Below are positions 1 through 10,186 of a stretch of DNA of 64,000 nt, piece after piece. The stretch's first letter is position 1, and every line of letters begins with the position of its first letter. Below the pieces are notes generated by a model. It was not told the DNA's origin and ran no database searches. It saw only the letters and a list, made by a program, of their open reading frames with translations. This DNA comes from Ignavibacteriales bacterium. Its GTDB lineage: Bacteria > Bacteroidota > Ignavibacteria > UBA10030 > UBA8401. The position numbers and the translations under genes are program-made. Where the stretch lies: NCBI GenBank assembly GCA_026390635.1, contig JAPLFO010000148.1:124080-188079 (forward strand). Direction: 5' to 3'.

Positions 1-1644
1 GAGTCATGGATGGATGCTGTCGGTACGACAGGACCGTGGTCTCCACGCGGCAATCGCGCCAACGATGTTCAGGCGATTTGGTATAGGCAGCTCAAGAGCG
101 GTGCCGCCATCGCTCTCTATAATAGAGACACCGTCGCAGCCCGCCGTTGGGCAGACCTGGCCGATACGGTCAAAGCGAGATTCTATCCATTTTTTGCAGA
201 TCCCGCCACAGGATTGCTGTACGATCATCTTCGCGCGAACGGAGAGCCGGCGAAAGAACTCCGCCCCAATCAATTGTTCTGTCTGGATATGATCGAGAAG
301 ACCGATGTGCAGCGCCGGATTCTGCAAAGTGTGACTTCGCATATTGTCTATGAACACGGAGTCGGAACCCTTGCGCAGAGCGATTCGAATTTCCATCCTT
401 TTCATTACTACGAACCGGCCTATGTACAAGACGCTGCATATCATACCGGCATAGTCTGGACGTGGTTAAACGGAGAGGCGATCATCGCACTCTGCCGTCA
501 CGCTGCCTGCGAGACAGCTGCGCGTCTCACCATGAACATGGTGCACCAGATATTGGAACGCGGGTGTGTGGGAACTCTCTCCGAATTGCTGGACGCCTAT
601 CCGCGCCCCGGAGAAAAAGAACCTCGCCTTTCCGGCACCTATTCGCAGGCATGGAGCCTCGCGGAGTTCATCCGCAGTATCTATCAGGCGTATCTCGGCA
701 TTGAAGTCAACGGCAATGCCGTCCGTCTGTCTCCGCAATTGCCCGTTGCCTTTGGAGACGCGGAATTCACCGTGCATGCCGGCACAGCCTCGGTACGTGT
801 GAGATATGAAGCGCGGGGTGATTCCATCTTTCTCTCACACGATCCAAGTTCTCTTGCAATAAGTGCTCCGCGTGCGATGTACAGATCAACGAACGTATCA
901 TCTGCCCAATTTCCGCTCGCTCAAAAGGTTGATGACATCAACATTCCCTCGTTGCGAGGCCCGTCGTATCCGATTCTGCCGCTGTCATCCGTGCGCGTGA
1001 AGAATTCTTCTGCGAAGATTTTATTCGATATGAAAGATCCCATGGGAGATGACAGAGGCGCTGCCGATTCGTATGTGTATCCGACCAACGTACATTTCGC
1101 ACCGGGCATTCTGGATATCACGAGGGCAATTGTTCGCTATGATGCAAAGAACGTTTACTTTTCTTTGCGGTTCAAGAATCTCGCCAATCCGGGCTGGCAT
1201 CCTGAGTATGGTTATCAGTTGACATTTTCAGCGATTGCCATTCATCGCGGGACGTCGTCCGCCACAACAGCCGTCGGACTCAATTCGGGCATGGTTGTTC
1301 CGAAAGATTATGCCTTCGATCGCCTAATCGCCGTTGGCGGCGGAATTCGTGTAACCGATGGCAGCGGCAGTGTCCTCTGCGAATATCTGCCCCGCCCGGA
1401 AGACACCGCCGATCCGATCGGCAGCGTGAAAGATAAATCAGTTGAGTTCAGTCTGCCGATAAAGTATCTTGGAACACCCGGCAAACAATGGAAACTGACA
1501 ATTCTCGTCGGCGCGCAGGACGATCACGGCGGCGGCGGAGTTGGGGAATTCCGCACAATCGATGCGGTCGGCAGTGAATGGACCGGCGGCGGAAAGACCG
1601 ACTCCCGGCAGTCCAACGTGTTTGATATGCTCCGGTTGAAGTAG
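1..1644 (+). CDS. Glycoside hydrolase of the amylo-alpha-1,6-glucosidase (glycogen-debranching, GDE_C-like) family with an extra C-terminal beta-sandwich domain; the 5' end probably lies upstream of the window
   Basis: The reading frame is open back to position 1, with no stop before the first ATG at 10. It has a six-hairpin GH-like N-terminal part and a C-terminal DPMGDDRGAADSYVYP segment typical of starch/glycogen-active enzymes. Family assignment is by eye only. Confidence 0.5.
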   Translation, partial: ESWMDAVGTTGPWSPRGNRANDVQAIWYRQLKSGAAIALYNRDTVAARRWADLADTVKARFYPFFADPATGLLYDHLRANGEPAKELRPNQLFCLDMIEKTDVQRRILQSVTSHIVYEHGVGTLAQSDSNFHPFHYYEPAYVQDAAYHTGIVWTWLNGEAIIALCRHAACETAARLTMNMVHQILERGCVGTLSELLDAYPRPGEKEPRLSGTYSQAWSLAEFIRSIYQAYLGIEVNGNAVRLSPQLPVAFGDAEFTVHAGTASVRVRYEARGDSIFLSHDPSSLAISAPRAMYRSTNVSSAQFPLAQKVDDINIPSLRGPSYPILPLSSVRVKNSSAKILFDMKDPMGDDRGAADSYVYPTNVHFAPGILDITRAIVRYDAKNVYFSLRFKNLANPGWHPEYGYQLTFSAIAIHRGTSSATTAVGLNSGMVVPKDYAFDRLIAVGGGIRVTDGSGSVLCEYLPRPEDTADPIGSVKDKSVEFSLPIKYLGTPGKQWKLTILVGAQDDHGGGGVGEFRTIDAVGSEWTGGGKTDSRQSNVFDMLRLK

Positions 1645-1760
1645 AAAATATCCGACGACTGCATTCAGAGACATCGTCGCAGGTGCAGACCAGGTTTACG
1701 AACTATTTCGTTCCATCATGCCCGCAGAAGCGGGTTGTACATCACCTTTAAGGAGGTTGT

Positions 1761-2642
1761 ATGTTTTTCATACTCTCAATTATCGTCGCGGCCGTTGCTC
1801 TCACCGCATATTTTAATGCGCGAAAAAATGTTACCGAAGTCGGCAAGCGCGGTGCTGCTCTTTCGGGAATTGTCGGCGGATTATTTGCATTGATTGCAGT
1901 CGGTCAATGCTTCACACAAATTCCCGCCGGATATGTCGGTGTTGTGGACTTTTTCGGCGTTGTGTCATCACGGACTCTGCCGCCCGGCATCAACATCGTC
2001 AATCCGCTTGCCAAAGTGGTGAAGTTTTCCACGCAGACACAGGAACACAAAGAAGCCATGCAAGTCCTGTCGCGCGAAGGGCTCACCATCGGATTGGAAA
2101 TCAGTGTCCTCTATCGTCTCAATCCGGATTCGGCGGGGCGTGTCTATCAAACAGTTCTGGGCGGCGATTATGAGACCATCATTCTTATTCCGCAATTCCG
2201 ATCGATCAGCCGTTCTGTGACCGCCAGTTTCCAGGCCAGCGCTCTCTACTCCACTGAACGCGAGCAGCTTGCCCTCAATATCCAGACAGAACTTGCACAC
2301 GCTGTTGCACCACGAGGCGTGCTCATCGAATCAACGCCGCTGCGCAATGTGGCTCTTCCGACACAATTGACGGAAGCAATCGAACAGAAACAGCGGGCGG
2401 ATCAGGAAAGCCAGCGGATGGAATTTATTCTTGCGAAAGAAAAACAGGAAGCGGATCGCAAACGCATCGAAGCACAGGGCATAGCGGACTTCCAGAAGAT
2501 CGTCGCAGCGGGGATCAGCGATCAATTGCTGCGCTGGAAAGGCATTGAGGCGACGGAAAAACTCGCAATGTCACAGAATGCGAAAGTTGTTGTCATCGGC
2601 GCAGGCAAAGACGGTCTGCCGCTTATTCTGGATACGAAGTAG
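1761..2642 (+). CDS. SPFH/band-7 (prohibitin/HflC-like) membrane protein
   Basis: It has an N-terminal TM helix, an SPFH core and a C-terminal charged coiled-coil segment (EQKQRADQESQRMEF...). An AAGGAGG RBS sits 7 nt upstream of the ATG. Confidence 0.8.
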   Translation: MFFILSIIVAAVALTAYFNARKNVTEVGKRGAALSGIVGGLFALIAVGQCFTQIPAGYVGVVDFFGVVSSRTLPPGINIVNPLAKVVKFSTQTQEHKEAMQVLSREGLTIGLEISVLYRLNPDSAGRVYQTVLGGDYETIILIPQFRSISRSVTASFQASALYSTEREQLALNIQTELAHAVAPRGVLIESTPLRNVALPTQLTEAIEQKQRADQESQRMEFILAKEKQEADRKRIEAQGIADFQKIVAAGISDQLLRWKGIEATEKLAMSQNAKVVVIGAGKDGLPLILDTK

Positions 2643-2828
2643 GCGGTCACAACTATTAGAATCGTCATTCCAGCGAGCCGAGCAGCGCGAGGCGAAGGCT
2701 GGAATCCAGCTTTGTTCTGGTTCTGCAGATGGATTCCGGATCTGCGTCCCGCTTCGCGGGACTTGTCCGGAATGACGCCCACCTGGGTTGTGCGAATCTA
2801 TTATTCCAAATAAGTTTTGATGATTACG

Positions 2829-2869
2829 TAAAAAATCCGTCTGTTACACGACAGACGGATTTTTTATTT
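2829..2869. terminator. Bidirectional rho-independent terminator between convergent genes
   Basis: AAAAAATCCGTCTGT-tacacg-ACAGACGGATTTTTTATTTT: a perfect 15-bp stem flanked by an A-run and a T-run. Confidence 0.75.
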
Positions 2870-2887
2870 TTCCCGCAGTCCTGCCTT

Positions 2888-4807
2888 CTAACGGTACGCC
2901 TTCTGTAGTTCATCCAACCCTTTCAACTGCTCCGTCGCTGTCGCATTTTCAGGATCGATTGCCAACGCACGATTAAAGAACTCGCGTGCCTTGGCGTACG
3001 ATTTCAAATTCTGATACGAAATACCGGCCTGAATATTGGCATCAATACTTTTGGGATTCAGCTCCAGTGCACGCTCATACTGCGCGATTGCGTCATTGTA
3101 GAGACCCGCACCGTTGTATGCATATCCAAGATAGAAACGAATGGCATAGAAGTCATTGCCGCGCGACACGGCCTGTGCCAGCAAATCCACCATCGGTTTA
3201 TAGTTGGCGGCTTTGATATGATTGGTGAAGAGAAATTTGTATGCCGAGAAATAGAGTGAATCCGCCGTGATCGCCTTTTGGAAATAATTATTGGCGATGT
3301 AACTTTCATTGTTGGCATCGTATAATTTACCCAGCGCGAATGCGGCAGGAGCATATTCCTCTGCAATCAGCATGGCATCTTTGTAATGTCCGATTGCCGA
3401 TTCCTTTTCGCCGCGCTCTTCGGCTATACGCCCGGCTTTCATATGCTGGAGCACCTCCGCCGGGATACGGCGTTCACGGATTGTTATCAAAATGCGGAGT
3501 TGATCCACGCGTTCTACCAGATCCACATCAGAGCAATAACGCATGACCTGGGTAATTTCTTCACGGGCAGCACCAAGGTTTCCCGCATAGTACTCGTTTA
3601 CAGCTTTCAGCATGGAGTACCACGGCAATGCAAATTGCACTGAGTCCTTTTGCAAATTTGCAAAAAATTCCCGCGGGAATAGCGGCTGATGAGCTTTCCA
3701 GTGATTGTTGACGATGCGGATGAATGTTTCATACGAATCATACAACTGATATTTTTGGAGGCGGGTCGCCTGCGCCTCCGGCAGCGTCATATTCAACGAC
3801 TGAGTATTTGTATCCTGAAAATTGATCGATGTGATCGCCCAGGCAAGCGATTCAATAATGTATTTGTACTTGTAATCGATTTTGCCGGACGATGAACCGG
3901 CGATGATCCAGCGAGTGCTCTGCTCATCGAGCGCACGGTTCAGCGAGTCATACAGAAATTCACCCCGACGCACCATTTCCGAGCCGCGCGCCAGCATCGG
4001 CGTCATGCCGGAATCAGACTCTTGAATGCCGAGAGACGGATCCGCGAGATTGTCACGGATTTGCTTGAACTGGGGACGGAAATCATTCACCGCCGCAATT
4101 TTCTGTTTGAGATCGTTTGCCGGCGAGGCAACGGCGGCGAGACAGTTTTCGCTCGCTTCTTTCAGCCGGAGTTCAAACACCCGCAGGCGTTTTGGTCTTA
4201 CGTCGCCATACATCGGAAAAATTTCGAGCGATCGATCGCGCAATATGGCATCGTAGCTTTCCACAGCGGAAAGATATTTTTTTTCGGTCAACGCATTGTC
4301 GGCCGCAGCGAAAAGCGAGGTCAGCCTGGTATAGCCGGGCCAGCATTCCTGTTCAATTGACATCTCCGCCGTCGATTGCGATTCACCAAGCTTGAAGATG
4401 AAGGTGAAGGGCTGATGCAGTTTGAGTTTCCGGCTGAACCCCGTCAGAATCACCGTGCTGTCCTTTTCGTTCAACACCGGCCCGCGAAATTCGATCGGAA
4501 ATGGCTGGCCGTTTTGTATCAGGGAAAGCTGGGGGAGTTTTTCCAGTACAAAGTTGTCATCAATTTTCCAATCTCCGGTATTTCTGACCGCAAAATAATA
4601 GTAGTCGCCGCCGTTGACGTTGTCGGCGGTGAGCAACGGATCAAGATTCTTTGTCGTGAGAACGATTTTGACATAGCGCTGCGCACCCATCCCGAGAAAG
4701 CCCGACTTCTCGGCAACTTTGAGAATAACCTGGGGCGAACGGTATTGAGCCCAGAGGACTGTTGAGATAAGACAGAGAATTGTACAGAATACGGAACGTG
4801 TTTTCAT
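2888..4807 (-). CDS. Secreted tetratricopeptide-repeat (TPR) protein
   Basis: Start is reset to the internal ATG (MKTRSVFCTILCLISTVLWAQ signal peptide). The C-terminal approx. 200 aa are canonical TPR repeats (AIRFYLGYAYNGAGLYNDAIAQYERALELNPKS...). Confidence 0.75.
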   Translation of the reverse strand: MKTRSVFCTILCLISTVLWAQYRSPQVILKVAEKSGFLGMGAQRYVKIVLTTKNLDPLLTADNVNGGDYYYFAVRNTGDWKIDDNFVLEKLPQLSLIQNGQPFPIEFRGPVLNEKDSTVILTGFSRKLKLHQPFTFIFKLGESQSTAEMSIEQECWPGYTRLTSLFAAADNALTEKKYLSAVESYDAILRDRSLEIFPMYGDVRPKRLRVFELRLKEASENCLAAVASPANDLKQKIAAVNDFRPQFKQIRDNLADPSLGIQESDSGMTPMLARGSEMVRRGEFLYDSLNRALDEQSTRWIIAGSSSGKIDYKYKYIIESLAWAITSINFQDTNTQSLNMTLPEAQATRLQKYQLYDSYETFIRIVNNHWKAHQPLFPREFFANLQKDSVQFALPWYSMLKAVNEYYAGNLGAAREEITQVMRYCSDVDLVERVDQLRILITIRERRIPAEVLQHMKAGRIAEERGEKESAIGHYKDAMLIAEEYAPAAFALGKLYDANNESYIANNYFQKAITADSLYFSAYKFLFTNHIKAANYKPMVDLLAQAVSRGNDFYAIRFYLGYAYNGAGLYNDAIAQYERALELNPKSIDANIQAGISYQNLKSYAKAREFFNRALAIDPENATATEQLKGLDELQKAYR

Positions 4808-4977
4808 TTTTTTGTCAGTCTCGATGCGACGATGTATGGAAGTGTGAATAATATATAAAAGAGGAGCCCGAGAATCAATGGAAACGGCCAGAATCGCTGT
4901 GACCGCGATACTTGACAAAGAAGCCTGTTTTTTCCATATTGCCAGCGATGATCATCACTACACCCATGGGGTGAGCT

Positions 4978-7368
4978 ATGCATAAGAAGCTTTTATACGT
5001 CTTCGCCGTGGGGATTCTCAGCATTTCCCCTCTCCTCAATGCCCAGATTCCCTATACCGAACCGTCCGCATCCACTGTTCTGCCCAATACGCAGGTAACA
5101 GCATCCGCGATCAGCGTCTCGGCTGAAATGATTGCAGTAGCAAGCTCGGAAAAAGAAATTACGCTGCTATCCATGACCACGTTGAAGCCGGGCATTCGCC
5201 TGCATCTTCAAAGCGGACGCTCCTTTGGCCTCGCCTTCACTCCCGATGGACGATATCTGGTTTCCGGGGTTGTCTCCGGAGAGCTGATTTTCTGGAATAT
5301 CAGTTCCGGAACGATATCACAGACGCTTCAAAATGACGGCGGAGTGCGCAGCATCGCCATAAATGATCAGGGGAAAATGGTGAGCGGCGGCGGTACTGCC
5401 ACCAAAGTGTGGAGTCTGGCAGCCGGTAAAGTGGAAGCGAACTTCCCTCCTTCCACCGAAGAAATTATTCAAAATATTTTCAATCCGCAGGGGAATCTTG
5501 TTCTTTCCGCATCCATCGACGGTCGCCTGCGGCTGCTTGACCCCTTGGTTCCTACTGTTGTGTTGCGAACATTTGGCAGCCGAAAGGTCCGTATCTCTCA
5601 CATGGCATTTGCACCGGACGGACGGACATTGGCTGTTGCATACGCGGACTCTACAATCCAACTTTGGAATGCACAGACTGGCGACTTGATTTCCACCACA
5701 AGGGACGCCGACGGACCTCTCACTGCTCTGGTGTTTCATCCGAACGGCCGCTGGCTGCTCACCGGTGGAAAAGAAATCAAAATACGGAATGTTGCGGACG
5801 CCGCACTATTGAAGTCGGTCGCCGTTCCGGGAGTTGTCCAATCGCTTTACCTTTTGGCAGGCGGCTCAACAATAGCAGTCGTCACCGTCGATGGATCGGT
5901 GAATACCTATCGTCTGCTGGATAAAAAACCGGATGTTCTACCACCATCCATTACCATCCTCAGGCCGGCTCCATCCGGCACCGACGCATATCAAATCTAT
6001 GCTGATGGTATTGAAGTGTACGGCATCGTCAGCGATAACAGCAATCTCAGCAGTCTGACCATCGACAGCGTCAATATTCCGCTGTCATCAATGATGGACG
6101 TACCGCACAAGCCGTCCGATTCCGCTGCTGTTGTGAAATCATTCACTGCGAACGTGGCACTCCGATCACAGGGATCGAATGCAATCAATCTGACGGCAAA
6201 AGACTCCGCCGGCAATGCGTCCACCAGCCAGCTGCGTGTTGTGAAACTGTCGAAAGACGCCGCGGTGGAACTAATCAATCCGCGCGAGAATTCGGAGACG
6301 AACGATTTTGCCGCAAAGCTGGAATTCAAAATCAATTTTGATTTTGCGTCGTATAGTATCGGCGTCAACAACTTTGAGATCATTAAGAAAGAAAATATTT
6401 CGAAAAAACCGATCGGCACGATGCTCACTGAACAGGTTCCTCTTTCCGCCGGGTTGAATCAATTACAGTTGATCGTCGCCACCCGAAGCGGCGAGCGCAT
6501 GCGCCGCGCCGTCAAAGTATCGCGAAGAATTCTCAGCGGTCCGGTCGCAGCGCAGCAGCCCGGAAAGCCGGCGCCGGCTTCCACCGGCAGGCCGCAGCAG
6601 TGGGCAGTTGTTGTCGGTGTATCAGAGTATGAAAAGCCATCCATTAAGAATCTTAACTATGCCGATCGCGACGCACGGGAATTCGCCGACTACCTGAAGA
6701 GTCCCGCCGGCGGCGGATTTGAAGAAGCACGCGTCAGGGTGCTTCTCAATAAAGAAGCAACGCTGCAGAACATCAAGTCCGCTCTCAATCAATTTCTCCG
6801 GCAGACAGTCGATAAAGATTTGGTGATCATCTATTTTGCGGGACACGGCGCGCCGGAGCCGGCCAATCCCAGTAATAATTATCTCCTCTGCTACGATACC
6901 GATCCAACGTCGCTCGAAACGACGGCGTTCCCGATGTGGGATATCAATACGGCGCTGCAGCGCTACATCCCGTCAAAGCGCGTTGTCGTGCTGACCGATG
7001 CATGTCATAGCGGCGGCATCAGCACGGAACTCGCAACGCGCGGCATGGGCACCGTCGAGAGCAACCTGATCAACCAGTATCTCTCCGATCTCTCGAAGTC
7101 GAAAGAAGGGATCATTGTTTTCACCGCAAGTCAGTCAGGCGAGGTTTCACAGGAACTGGACAAGTTCGGCCATGGCGTTTTCACGCATTTTCTGCTGCAA
7201 GGATTGAAAGGTGAAGCAGACAGAAATAACGACTATACCGTGACCATCGGCGAACTCATGGACTATGTGGAAGAGATGGTCAAGCGGCAAACGAACGGCA
7301 ATCAGCATCCAACCCGAAATCAGGGAACGTACGATACCGACATGACGATTGGATTGGTTCCCCACTAG
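4978..7368 (+). CDS. Secreted WD40-repeat / Ig-like / caspase-family (peptidase C14, orthocaspase) fusion protein
   Basis: Signal peptide MHKKLLYVFAVGILSISPLLNAQ. There are at least five WD40-like blades (LVSGVVSGELIFWNI, TIQLWNAQTGD...). The C-terminal caspase domain keeps the catalytic His (IIYFAGHGAPE) and Cys (VLTDACHSGG). Confidence 0.8.
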   Translation: MHKKLLYVFAVGILSISPLLNAQIPYTEPSASTVLPNTQVTASAISVSAEMIAVASSEKEITLLSMTTLKPGIRLHLQSGRSFGLAFTPDGRYLVSGVVSGELIFWNISSGTISQTLQNDGGVRSIAINDQGKMVSGGGTATKVWSLAAGKVEANFPPSTEEIIQNIFNPQGNLVLSASIDGRLRLLDPLVPTVVLRTFGSRKVRISHMAFAPDGRTLAVAYADSTIQLWNAQTGDLISTTRDADGPLTALVFHPNGRWLLTGGKEIKIRNVADAALLKSVAVPGVVQSLYLLAGGSTIAVVTVDGSVNTYRLLDKKPDVLPPSITILRPAPSGTDAYQIYADGIEVYGIVSDNSNLSSLTIDSVNIPLSSMMDVPHKPSDSAAVVKSFTANVALRSQGSNAINLTAKDSAGNASTSQLRVVKLSKDAAVELINPRENSETNDFAAKLEFKINFDFASYSIGVNNFEIIKKENISKKPIGTMLTEQVPLSAGLNQLQLIVATRSGERMRRAVKVSRRILSGPVAAQQPGKPAPASTGRPQQWAVVVGVSEYEKPSIKNLNYADRDAREFADYLKSPAGGGFEEARVRVLLNKEATLQNIKSALNQFLRQTVDKDLVIIYFAGHGAPEPANPSNNYLLCYDTDPTSLETTAFPMWDINTALQRYIPSKRVVVLTDACHSGGISTELATRGMGTVESNLINQYLSDLSKSKEGIIVFTASQSGEVSQELDKFGHGVFTHFLLQGLKGEADRNNDYTVTIGELMDYVEEMVKRQTNGNQHPTRNQGTYDTDMTIGLVPH

Positions 7369-7427
7369 CCGGTCGCCGAACGTCCTTCGACGCAGAGTCG
7401 GGGTGCGCTTAGGAACCATGGCTCGAT

Positions 7428-7474
7428 GGTCACCGGACGTGGCTCGACTGCGCTCGCCAACCGAAGCCGGGGTG
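7428..7474 (+). repeat. Member of the same GC-rich repeat family in the caspase/DUF4384 intergenic region
   Basis: GGTCACCGGACG...CGCTCGCCAACCGAAGCCGGGG shares both half-motifs with the copies at 41.9-42.5 kb. Confidence 0.6.
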
Positions 7475-7503
7475 GTATTCAATATCAAAGGAAAGGATAC
7501 AGA

Positions 7504-8175
7504 ATGAAAACACGGACACTATTCCTGTTGGCGGTGCTGCTCCTTACGGCCGCATGGTGTTTTGCGCAGCCGGAACCCAAGGCAGGCGAAAACATCAACT
7601 ACAAGTGGGCGTTTGTTGCGCGGGTTGGCGATCAAACGGCACGGCGCCTTGTGCCTATTTCGCGCGATACGATTCTCCGCTCCGGAGATGAGTTTAAGAT
7701 GATGATCAATCTTTCAAAAAAAACCAACGTGTACGTTTTCTACCGCAGCCCGTCCGGCGAGATGGATTTGCTCTTTCCTTATGGCATTGAATCGGACTAT
7801 GGGATCGACAAAAATTATTACATCCCGAAAGGGCGCGATTGGAACAAATTCGACAACAACACGGGGCAGGAAACTTTCTACATTCTTGCATCAATCGACC
7901 GGCTGACCGATCTTGAAAGTGCATGGCACAAATATCTGGCAGCCCCCGCCGGGAAAAAAACTGAAGCGAGCGTGACCGTTGTTGGTGTAATTAAAGATGT
8001 GAAGAAGCGCTACCGCACATTCCAGACCCTGGCAGAACGGCCAATCAGTATTGCCGGCAACGTGCGCGGCAGCAGAGGCGCCCAGGATCCAAACAAAATA
8101 GACATTGCCACTATGGCGAGCGAAGTCTCCGCCGTCAATTTCTTCAGTAAGACAATTACCATTGACCACAAGTAA
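7504..8175 (+). CDS. Secreted DUF4384-like protein (a family often encoded next to caspase-domain genes)
   Basis: Start is reset to the ATG after a GGAAAGGA RBS (MKTRTLFLLAVLLLTAAWCFAQ signal peptide). The YVFYRSPSGEMDLLFPY...ETFYILAS segment resembles DUF4384. Family assignment is from memory. Confidence 0.55.
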   Translation: MKTRTLFLLAVLLLTAAWCFAQPEPKAGENINYKWAFVARVGDQTARRLVPISRDTILRSGDEFKMMINLSKKTNVYVFYRSPSGEMDLLFPYGIESDYGIDKNYYIPKGRDWNKFDNNTGQETFYILASIDRLTDLESAWHKYLAAPAGKKTEASVTVVGVIKDVKKRYRTFQTLAERPISIAGNVRGSRGAQDPNKIDIATMASEVSAVNFFSKTITIDHK

Positions 8176-10105
8176 TCGACACCGACTGAGAGCTGCCGCC
8201 GTTCTGACGACGGCTTCATTTCTCCTCACGGCTCTTCTTTTTACCTTGATCCCGGGAGTGCTCCGCTCCTGGGATCTCCAGGCAACCGACAGGCTATTCC
8301 TTCTGCGCCGTACACTGCAGCCGCCGCCGTACGATTCGACGATCATCCACATCGATATCGGAAACAGCAGCGTCCAGAAACTCAGCTATTATTTTCCACG
8401 GCGTCTTCACGCACAGTTGATTGAGCTGGCTAAAAATGCCAGTTTCTCCGCGCTTGCCTATGACATAATTTTTGCACAGCGAATCGGAACCGTCGACGAT
8501 ACACTTCTCCTGACCGCATCTTCCTCCTGGGGAAAAATGTATGTGCCCGTCGCGTTTTCCCTGGAATCTTCTCCGGGAAAATTCGTCAACGATTCTCCGG
8601 ACGGCGTCCGCTATCTGGATTCAACTGCATGGACTTTGCAGGCTGATCATGTCGATCAATTCTATAATGCCGGACAATCGCTGCTCACCTGGCCGGAATT
8701 GTCCGCAACAGCACGCGGCGTGGGCTTTATCAGTGTCGAAGCAGATCTTGACGGCGTCTTTCGCCGTGTACCGCTCTTGATCCGCTACAAAGACAAATTC
8801 TATCCCAGCATGGTGTTCCGTCTCGCATGCGATGTGCTGAAGGTAACACAGGATAGAATCATCGTACAGGGGGGCACATCGATCGTTCTCCGCGATGCGC
8901 TGACACGATCCGGCACTCGTCATGACCTCGAAATTCCGATTGACGAGCGCGGCAACATGGCCATCAACTGGATCGGACCATGGGAAGCCATGACACATGT
9001 CAGTTTCTCGCGAGTGCTCGAAGTGGCCGAAGACCGGGATGAGATTGATGCCTTTGCTGAACGCTTTCGCGGCTGCCTCGCGTTCGTGGGGGACAACTCT
9101 ACGGGAATATCCGATATCGGACCCACACCGTTCGAAGAGAAATTCGTCCTCGTCGGACTGCACGCCAATACGCTCAACACACTGCTGACGGAATCATTTC
9201 TCCATCAGCTTCCCCGGATCTGGTTCATCGCCATCAACGTGCTGATTGTTTTGTGCCTGATCGCGTGTTCGGTCCGTTTTTCGTCGGTGGGGTTTACGAT
9301 CTCATCTCTCGTTTTCATCGCACTGTATATTGCGCTTGCCGCAGCAGGATTCGTGTATCAGAACATTACTGTCTCGATTATTCAGCCGCCGCTTGCCGTT
9401 TTCGTGTCACTCCTTTCGGTGCTGGTGTATCGCTACCTCACGGAAGAAAAAGAAAAGGAGCAATTGCGGGCACGCTTCGAATCATACTTCCCGCCGGCTG
9501 TCGTCAAACAGATGCTCGAAAATCCCGACGTGTTAACGACCGCTCCGCGCATTGAAAACATTACCATCATGTTCAGCGACATCAAGAGCTTCACGACTCA
9601 TTCCTCCCGGATGACGCCGGAAGAAATCAGCAGCACGTTGAGCGAATACTTTGAAGCGATGACGGCGATCGTCTTCAAATACGGCGGCACCGTGGACAAG
9701 TTTATAGGCGATGGCCTCATGGTTTTTTATGGAGCGCCGGAGCCCCAGCAGGATCATGCTGTGCGCTGTGTACAAGCGGCAATTGAAATGCAGAAAAAAT
9801 GCCGGGAACTCAAGGAGCGGTGGGAACCCGTCGGCAGGCTTCCCCTCAAGATTCGGATCGGCATCAATGCCGGCGCGGTCGTCGTCGGCGATCTTGGTTC
9901 CGAACGGCGGAAAGAATACACCGTGATCGGGTCGGATGTCAATCTCGCCCAACGTCTTGAATCCAACGCTCCGGTGGAAGGAATCCTGATCTCCGAAGTT
10001 GTCTATCATCTGATCAAAGACGTTATCCGTACCATCCCGCGCGATCCGATACTTGTGAAGGGACTGGAGACGCCCATCCTTGTGCACGAAGTTCCGGTCG
10101 AATGA
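8105..10105 (+). CDS. CHASE2 sensor-domain class III adenylate/guanylate cyclase (membrane receptor cyclase)
   Basis: N-terminal TM, a periplasmic CHASE2-like region, a block of 3-4 TM helices and then the cyclase catalytic domain (FSDIKSFT...KFIGDGLMVFYGAP...VVVGDLGS...YTVIGSDVNLAQRLE). The ORF has no ATG; the likely start is TTG at 8105 or 8162, overlapping the stop of the upstream gene. Confidence 0.8.
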   Translation: MPLWRAKSPPSISSVRQLPLTTSNRHRLRAAAVLTTASFLLTALLFTLIPGVLRSWDLQATDRLFLLRRTLQPPPYDSTIIHIDIGNSSVQKLSYYFPRRLHAQLIELAKNASFSALAYDIIFAQRIGTVDDTLLLTASSSWGKMYVPVAFSLESSPGKFVNDSPDGVRYLDSTAWTLQADHVDQFYNAGQSLLTWPELSATARGVGFISVEADLDGVFRRVPLLIRYKDKFYPSMVFRLACDVLKVTQDRIIVQGGTSIVLRDALTRSGTRHDLEIPIDERGNMAINWIGPWEAMTHVSFSRVLEVAEDRDEIDAFAERFRGCLAFVGDNSTGISDIGPTPFEEKFVLVGLHANTLNTLLTESFLHQLPRIWFIAINVLIVLCLIACSVRFSSVGFTISSLVFIALYIALAAAGFVYQNITVSIIQPPLAVFVSLLSVLVYRYLTEEKEKEQLRARFESYFPPAVVKQMLENPDVLTTAPRIENITIMFSDIKSFTTHSSRMTPEEISSTLSEYFEAMTAIVFKYGGTVDKFIGDGLMVFYGAPEPQQDHAVRCVQAAIEMQKKCRELKERWEPVGRLPLKIRIGINAGAVVVGDLGSERRKEYTVIGSDVNLAQRLESNAPVEGILISEVVYHLIKDVIRTIPRDPILVKGLETPILVHEVPVE

Positions 10106-10186
10106 CGTGCTCAAAGGCGCTGCAATGCTTCATTCCGATACGAACCACACAATTCTTATTTTCTAACAGCGCCATCAAGGATTTTC

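Noticed and set aside
1-1644. Treating the first ORF as a complete gene starting at ATG 10
   Set aside because: The frame is open to the window edge, and the family it resembles is normally longer at the N-terminus. It is most likely 5'-truncated.
8621-9163. 180-aa minus-strand ORF
   Set aside because: It is antisense to the CHASE2 adenylate cyclase gene, a shadow ORF.
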